From Candidatus Woesearchaeota archaeon (GTDB lineage: Archaea; Nanobdellota; Nanobdellia; UBA10117; JABICX01), in NCBI GenBank assembly GCA_018652045.1, contig JABICX010000010.1, positions 68,451 through 132,450 on the forward strand: a stretch of DNA of 64,000 nucleotides, read 5' to 3'. Every line of letters starts with the position of its first letter. Position 1 is the first letter of the stretch. Shown one piece after another: positions 55,799 to 64,000 of this stretch. The notes beneath the pieces are model-generated. The model saw nothing but the letters and a program-made list of their open reading frames with translations, was not told the origin of the DNA and made no database searches. Both the position numbers and the translations under genes were made by a program.

Positions 55799-56494
55799 AT
55801 GGTTATGTTTTATGAAGAGAATCCTATTGGTACGCAGGCAGAACCAGATGTTGGTATGATTCGAGATCGAGTTTTTGACGGACTAGCGGATGTTGAGAGC
55901 GAACACAGTATTTTTGTAGAGAATCTTTGCCAACCTGATCGTGGACAGAACGGGAGACCTGAGCTTACATGGAACACCACTGTAAATCTCGGAGACGCGT
56001 TTCAGATACCTGGACAGGTTTTGATTATGTGGCCTGGTCAGGGGAATGGTAGGAAAGGCTCTGAGAACCTGCCGCCAATAAACAGTATTGGCGAAGCTTT
56101 TGCATCAGAATATCAGATACCTTTTCCGTTAATTGAAGGACATACACCAAGACACTATGAGTTAGGTACTGTTGGTTTGATGGTTCCACTGTGGCGTGTT
56201 GAAGGTGAGGGAATTGATCATGGCTGGGCAAGAACACTTGGTATCGGACTAGATCCTAGATCGTCGGGTATGATACTACCTTTGTTCTGGGCAGGGCACC
56301 TTACTCAATATAGACCGTATTTTACAACCCTTCCAAAAGTAACTGGAACCTTGGTTGATGGTCAGCATTATGCAGATCATGCGCTGGTAAATGTAGATAG
56401 TGCAATTAATGCAATCTTAACAATGACTTCGGATATACGTACAGAGGAAGGCGAGACGCTTGCTGCATTAGGTATGCTTCCAGATCCACATTAG
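55799..56494 (+). CDS. hypothetical protein (Gly/Pro/His/Trp-rich, very Lys-poor)
   Basis: 231 aa with only 2 Lys versus 11 Arg. No motif recognised. Locally higher GC by eye. Confidence 0.45.
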   Translation: MVMFYEENPIGTQAEPDVGMIRDRVFDGLADVESEHSIFVENLCQPDRGQNGRPELTWNTTVNLGDAFQIPGQVLIMWPGQGNGRKGSENLPPINSIGEAFASEYQIPFPLIEGHTPRHYELGTVGLMVPLWRVEGEGIDHGWARTLGIGLDPRSSGMILPLFWAGHLTQYRPYFTTLPKVTGTLVDGQHYADHALVNVDSAINAILTMTSDIRTEEGETLAALGMLPDPH

Positions 56495-56701
56495 AGTGGA
56501 TTTTAACGTGCCACAATCTTTTTAAAGGTGATTTTTCAAAGTTAAGTCAGATGAAAAGCTCATCGGGAAATTAAGAAATTCGAGCTGCGCGATGAAGATT
56601 TCTTACGGAAAGCCTTATAAGGAGGCCGTATCAAATATCATACTCCATATGGAGATTAAATCACGTATAGTGATTTTGCGTGAATTCCAGTTACTAACTG
56701 G

Positions 56702-56721
56702 GATGAGATAGTAAGTAAAGT
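56702..56721 (+). other. 5' strand of the 16S rRNA processing stem
   Basis: GATGAGATAGTAAGTAAAGT is complementary to 58317-58337 (ACTTTACTTACTATATCTCAT) with a single-nt bulge. Confidence 0.6.
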
Positions 56722-56797
56722 GTACAAGTGTACAAATACGTTAATTCCAAATAGTATAGCAAATTTTTTGTGACCTAAAATCGTAATAAATAGCAGA

Positions 56798-58260
<1,463 letters not shown>

Positions 58261-58316
58261 TTATTTCGCGGGAGGGTCTTTACAGAAATCATTCTGTTTA
58301 GTACCCTCCTGCAAAA

Positions 58317-58337
58317 ACTTTACTTACTATATCTCAT
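58317..58337 (+). other. 3' strand of the 16S rRNA processing stem
   Basis: Complementary to 56702-56721. Confidence 0.6.
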
Positions 58338-58408
58338 ATTCATGATAACATGAAAACCAATCCAGGTGCAAGATGGGCCAATACGCGGTCGAGCTTCACC
58401 TGAAGTTT

Positions 58409-58482
58409 GGGCCGGTAGCTCAACCTGGTAGGGCGCCTGCCTTGCACGCAGGAGATTGTGGGTTCAAATCCCACCCGGTCCA
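58409..58482 (+). tRNA. tRNA-Ala(TGC) in the 16S-23S spacer
   Basis: GGGCCGG/CCGGTCC acceptor with a G3:T70 pair, A73. Anticodon arm CCTGC-CTTGCAC-GCAGG. T arm GTGGG-TTCAAAT-CCCAC. Confidence 0.92.
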
Positions 58483-58675
58483 TGGAGTCCCTTTCTTTAA
58501 AAGAAAGGTCTTCTAACCCCAAAGAACGGTTAGAAGAAATCATATCCCAAGAAACTATTCTTGGAATCATACTCAACACACCTCGAATTTGAGGAGCACG
58601 GACTTACCATCTGTGTAATTGAGAGCTTAGATCTCGTGATCTGAGCAACTGTGTTATTGAGCACACTTGATGTTC

Positions 58676-58699
58676 AATTGATGGAAGCAATGCACACAA
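58676..58699 (+). other. 5' strand of the 23S rRNA processing stem
   Basis: AATTGATGGAAGCAATGCACACAA pairs with 61602-61625 (24 bp including 3 G:T pairs). Confidence 0.6.
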
Positions 58700-61601
<2,902 letters not shown>

Positions 61602-61625
61602 TTGTGTGTATTGCTTCTATTAATT
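61602..61625 (+). other. 3' strand of the 23S rRNA processing stem
   Basis: TTGTGTGTATTGCTTCTATTAATT, complementary to 58676-58699. Confidence 0.6.
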
Positions 61626-61717
61626 AATTTTTTATTAGAACTAGCGATAGCTACGAAATGATTCGTAACTATCTTAACTTTTATATAGAATATTCAGTTA
61701 GACCTTTTTGGGATAAG

Positions 61718-63526
61718 ATGGAAAAAATGAAATTACTTATGATAACTGTTTTGTTTGTCAGTTTATTTAATATTAATTCTGTTATTGCAACACCTGCGGC
61801 TTTATGTATGGATTCAGATAATGGACTTAATTATTATGTAAAAGGCGATGCTACAGGATTTGAAGTTGATGGTGAAACTCACTCTACTTTTGAGGACTAT
61901 TGCGCGAATTCTCCTACATATGATACGGAGTATAATTTGGTAGAGCAATATTGCAAAGGCGATTATGTATACGCAGATTTTTATACATGTCCAAATGGAT
62001 GTGAAGATGGTGCTTGTATAGATGAAGTAGTAGAATATACTTGTAGTGATTCCGATGAAACACCTACAAATAATGGTTATGATTATTTTACAAAAGGAGT
62101 TGTTATCGGGACCGATATGAATGACTTATCAATTATATCGAAAGTAGATACTTGTGAAAGCGCAATTACATTACGCGAATATTATTGTAACCAAGGTTTT
62201 GTAATGAGTTATGGAACAGGTTGTAAGGATGGTTGCAACGAGGGTGTATGTGTAGTTGAAGACGAACCCTCTTGTATATCTGAAGGTGAATATACAAATG
62301 GCGCAACTAGTCCAACGTATCAAAATAGCTGTTGTGCAGGCTTAGTTGGATTTGATACAACACAAAACTTTAATACAACACAAGATATTGCTCCCGCAAT
62401 TGTAGGCAGAGGAATGCTTTGTTATGATCCTGCGAAAGGTGAACCGGTCTGTAGTGCTCAGGGAACGCGATCAGAAGGATGGTATTATCCAAATAATGGT
62501 GGATTATTAAGATATGATAATTGTGATAATGAATTACCGCCCTTTAATGAAGATGTACAATTTAACTTAGATACATCTTATGATTATAAGGAACTGATTC
62601 AAATTAAAGTTGAAAATACAGGAGATACTTCAATTTGGTATGATGTGAGTGGTTGTGGCGCTAAAAATACATATGATATTTTTAAGAGAAACACACTGGA
62701 AATTGGTGGACTAACTCACTGGAATGAATTAAATATTCTTAACCCCTGTTCCGCGTGTATTACTTTGGTAGATTTTCAGGAAATTAAACCTGGCGAGACT
62801 GCTTTGATTGATACATGGGATCAAACTAGTTATCATGATAAGCCACAGTGTGAACCAGTTCAGGTTGACATTGGTGAATATAACGTAGTTTTTAGTTATT
62901 GGGAAGAGAATCCATTAACACAAGGTGAACATAAACATAACCTTAAACAAAAAATTAGTACTGAGTTTAGAATCGGAGAATATGATGATTGTACGCGTTA
63001 TTATACTTGTGCAGACGGAACACAAGTTCCTAAGTGCTCAACAGTCGCAAATGTAAATGGTAATGGTGGTGGTTGTGTATGTAGAATTTCTCCAGAATTA
63101 TATTGTCCAACAAATGTAACGGCCGTAGATGATGGAACAACTACCGTATCACATCAAATATGCCCTGAAGGCTGTTTTTGTTCAGATAATGGAATTGTTT
63201 GCGAAGCACAGATAGGACCTGGAGGTATCGAACCTGATTACCCTAGCGGAGACATAATCTCTTGCGAATCTGGATGTTTAGTTAAAGATACTTGCGTAAC
63301 ATTTGGAACGCGGATTAACTATGCAGATAAAGCTGCTTATTGTGGACTAGACAATAGTTTTGAGATACAAAACGATGTTGATGCGGAGTGTAATAACAAT
63401 TATGAATGTAAAACTAACTTTTGTAGTAATGGTGCTTGTTACGATATTGTAGGTGAGATGGCTGAAACACAGGGATTATTAGAAATAATCACCAACTTTT
63501 TAAGCAATTTTTTCGGGTTTGAATAA
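61718..63526 (+). CDS. large secreted Cys-rich modular protein
   Basis: Signal peptide MEKMKLLMITVLFVSLFNINSVIA; the track ORF starts at 61658. Two about 75-aa modules follow the pattern C-x-DSD-x...KG...D-x-C...EYYC...C-x-x-GC-x-(D/N)G-x-C. A central beta-rich domain and further Cys-rich C-terminal segments follow. Confidence 0.6.
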   Translation: MEKMKLLMITVLFVSLFNINSVIATPAALCMDSDNGLNYYVKGDATGFEVDGETHSTFEDYCANSPTYDTEYNLVEQYCKGDYVYADFYTCPNGCEDGACIDEVVEYTCSDSDETPTNNGYDYFTKGVVIGTDMNDLSIISKVDTCESAITLREYYCNQGFVMSYGTGCKDGCNEGVCVVEDEPSCISEGEYTNGATSPTYQNSCCAGLVGFDTTQNFNTTQDIAPAIVGRGMLCYDPAKGEPVCSAQGTRSEGWYYPNNGGLLRYDNCDNELPPFNEDVQFNLDTSYDYKELIQIKVENTGDTSIWYDVSGCGAKNTYDIFKRNTLEIGGLTHWNELNILNPCSACITLVDFQEIKPGETALIDTWDQTSYHDKPQCEPVQVDIGEYNVVFSYWEENPLTQGEHKHNLKQKISTEFRIGEYDDCTRYYTCADGTQVPKCSTVANVNGNGGGCVCRISPELYCPTNVTAVDDGTTTVSHQICPEGCFCSDNGIVCEAQIGPGGIEPDYPSGDIISCESGCLVKDTCVTFGTRINYADKAAYCGLDNSFEIQNDVDAECNNNYECKTNFCSNGACYDIVGEMAETQGLLEIITNFLSNFFGFE

Positions 63527-63536
63527 ACTCGATTTA

Positions 63537-63543
63537 TTTTTTT
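63537..63543 (+). terminator. oligo-T tract downstream of the Cys-rich protein gene
   Basis: TTTTTTT 11 nt after the stop codon. Archaeal terminators are typically oligo-T. Confidence 0.4.
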
Positions 63544-63601
63544 GATGTTGTATGGCGTGAGCTATCGAATATTATTTAAACTTTTGCTATTATATTTCTA
63601 T

Positions 63602-64000
63602 ATGGTATGCGGACCTGGATCATATTATTCAATGGGATCACAGCCAGATACGATCTCTTTTGGGGCAGTAAAGCCCTTACGCACACTCGCGGATATAGGT
63701 ATAGATAACGTAGGTGATTTATCTGAGCTATTTCCCGCATCTTTTTCTGAGGTAGTTAGGACCGAGAGTGCAAGAGTGCGTACGAATGCCACAGATATTA
63801 CTATTGATAGCAAGAAGTATGATTTTCATATTATTGTTGGTCGTGTTGCTCCAAAATCGCCTACTACTTGGGCTCGAGAGTTAGAGCAAAATGGCGTTGG
63901 AAATCCTCGAGCAGTTGTTGCAGAGGACATTGTCGGTTTAGTTTATACAACGATGCTTAGTGGTTATATCTGTGTAGCAGGACCTTTTGCTCGACCATGG
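63602..64000 (+). CDS. hypothetical protein, N-terminal 133 aa (runs off the window)
   Basis: Not in the ORF track because there is no stop. My own translation is MVCGPGSYYSMGSQPDTISFGAVKPLRTLADIGIDNVG...ICVAGPFARPW, open to the window end. A TATA-like ATTATTTAAAC lies about 25 nt upstream. Arg-over-Lys composition like the 54704-56494 cassette. Confidence 0.5.
   Translation, partial: MVCGPGSYYSMGSQPDTISFGAVKPLRTLADIGIDNVGDLSELFPASFSEVVRTESARVRTNATDITIDSKKYDFHIIVGRVAPKSPTTWARELEQNGVGNPRAVVAEDIVGLVYTTMLSGYICVAGPFARPW

Noticed and set aside
63625-63813. 62-aa - strand ORF near the window end.
   Set aside because: It lies antisense to a longer open frame (63602-64000, +) that has a promoter-like box at the expected distance and continues to the window edge.

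Overview
This 64 kb window is a low-GC archaeal chromosomal segment. The archaeal assignment rests on gene content: topoisomerase VI A/B, RadA, RadB, RPA, Orc1/Cdc6, Cdc48, aIF1A, a class III signal peptidase and BHB-type introns. Genes are tightly packed and many overlap by a few nt. TATA-like boxes sit about 22-33 nt upstream of most start codons. This looks like a small-genome DPANN-type archaeon, but that is inference only, because no database search was possible. All protein calls come from motifs I recognise by eye. Left to right the window contains: (1) a surface-glycan cluster at 1-7.5 kb with AsnB, a methyltransferase, two GT4 enzymes, a DegT-like enzyme, a FemAB-like enzyme and a deacetylase; (2) a type IV pilus-like locus at 8.3-15.5 kb with a FlaI-type ATPase, a split TadB/TadC-like platform, four pilin-like genes and an embedded MFS gene; (3) housekeeping genes: SerRS, topoisomerase IA, RadB, Cdc48, MetAP, IscU/SufS, CysRS, UppS, a HerA-like/RPA/RadA string, HtpX, aIF1A, topoisomerase VI, Lrp, Orc1/Cdc6 and ArgRS; (4) eight tRNA genes; (5) a 16S-tRNAAla-23S operon at 56.8-61.6 kb; (6) a large Cys-rich secreted protein. 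The most unusual signal is RNA-level. Five of the eight tRNA genes carry hand-foldable bulge-helix-bulge (BHB) introns, eight introns in total. These include a tRNA-Arg with three introns and 8-9 nt internal exons, a tRNA-Cys with a D-loop intron and a tRNA-Leu with two introns. The 23S gene carries a near-perfect BHB-flanked 36-nt insert inside the A-loop (helix 92). Further points are a tRNA-Ile with anticodon UAU, two tRNA genes sitting directly upstream of their cognate aminoacyl-tRNA synthetase genes, uncharacterised proteins embedded in a recombination gene string, a paralogous Cys-motif gene pair, and an Arg-over-Lys, higher-GC three-gene cassette next to the rRNA operon. No CRISPR array, transposase or integrase was recognised.
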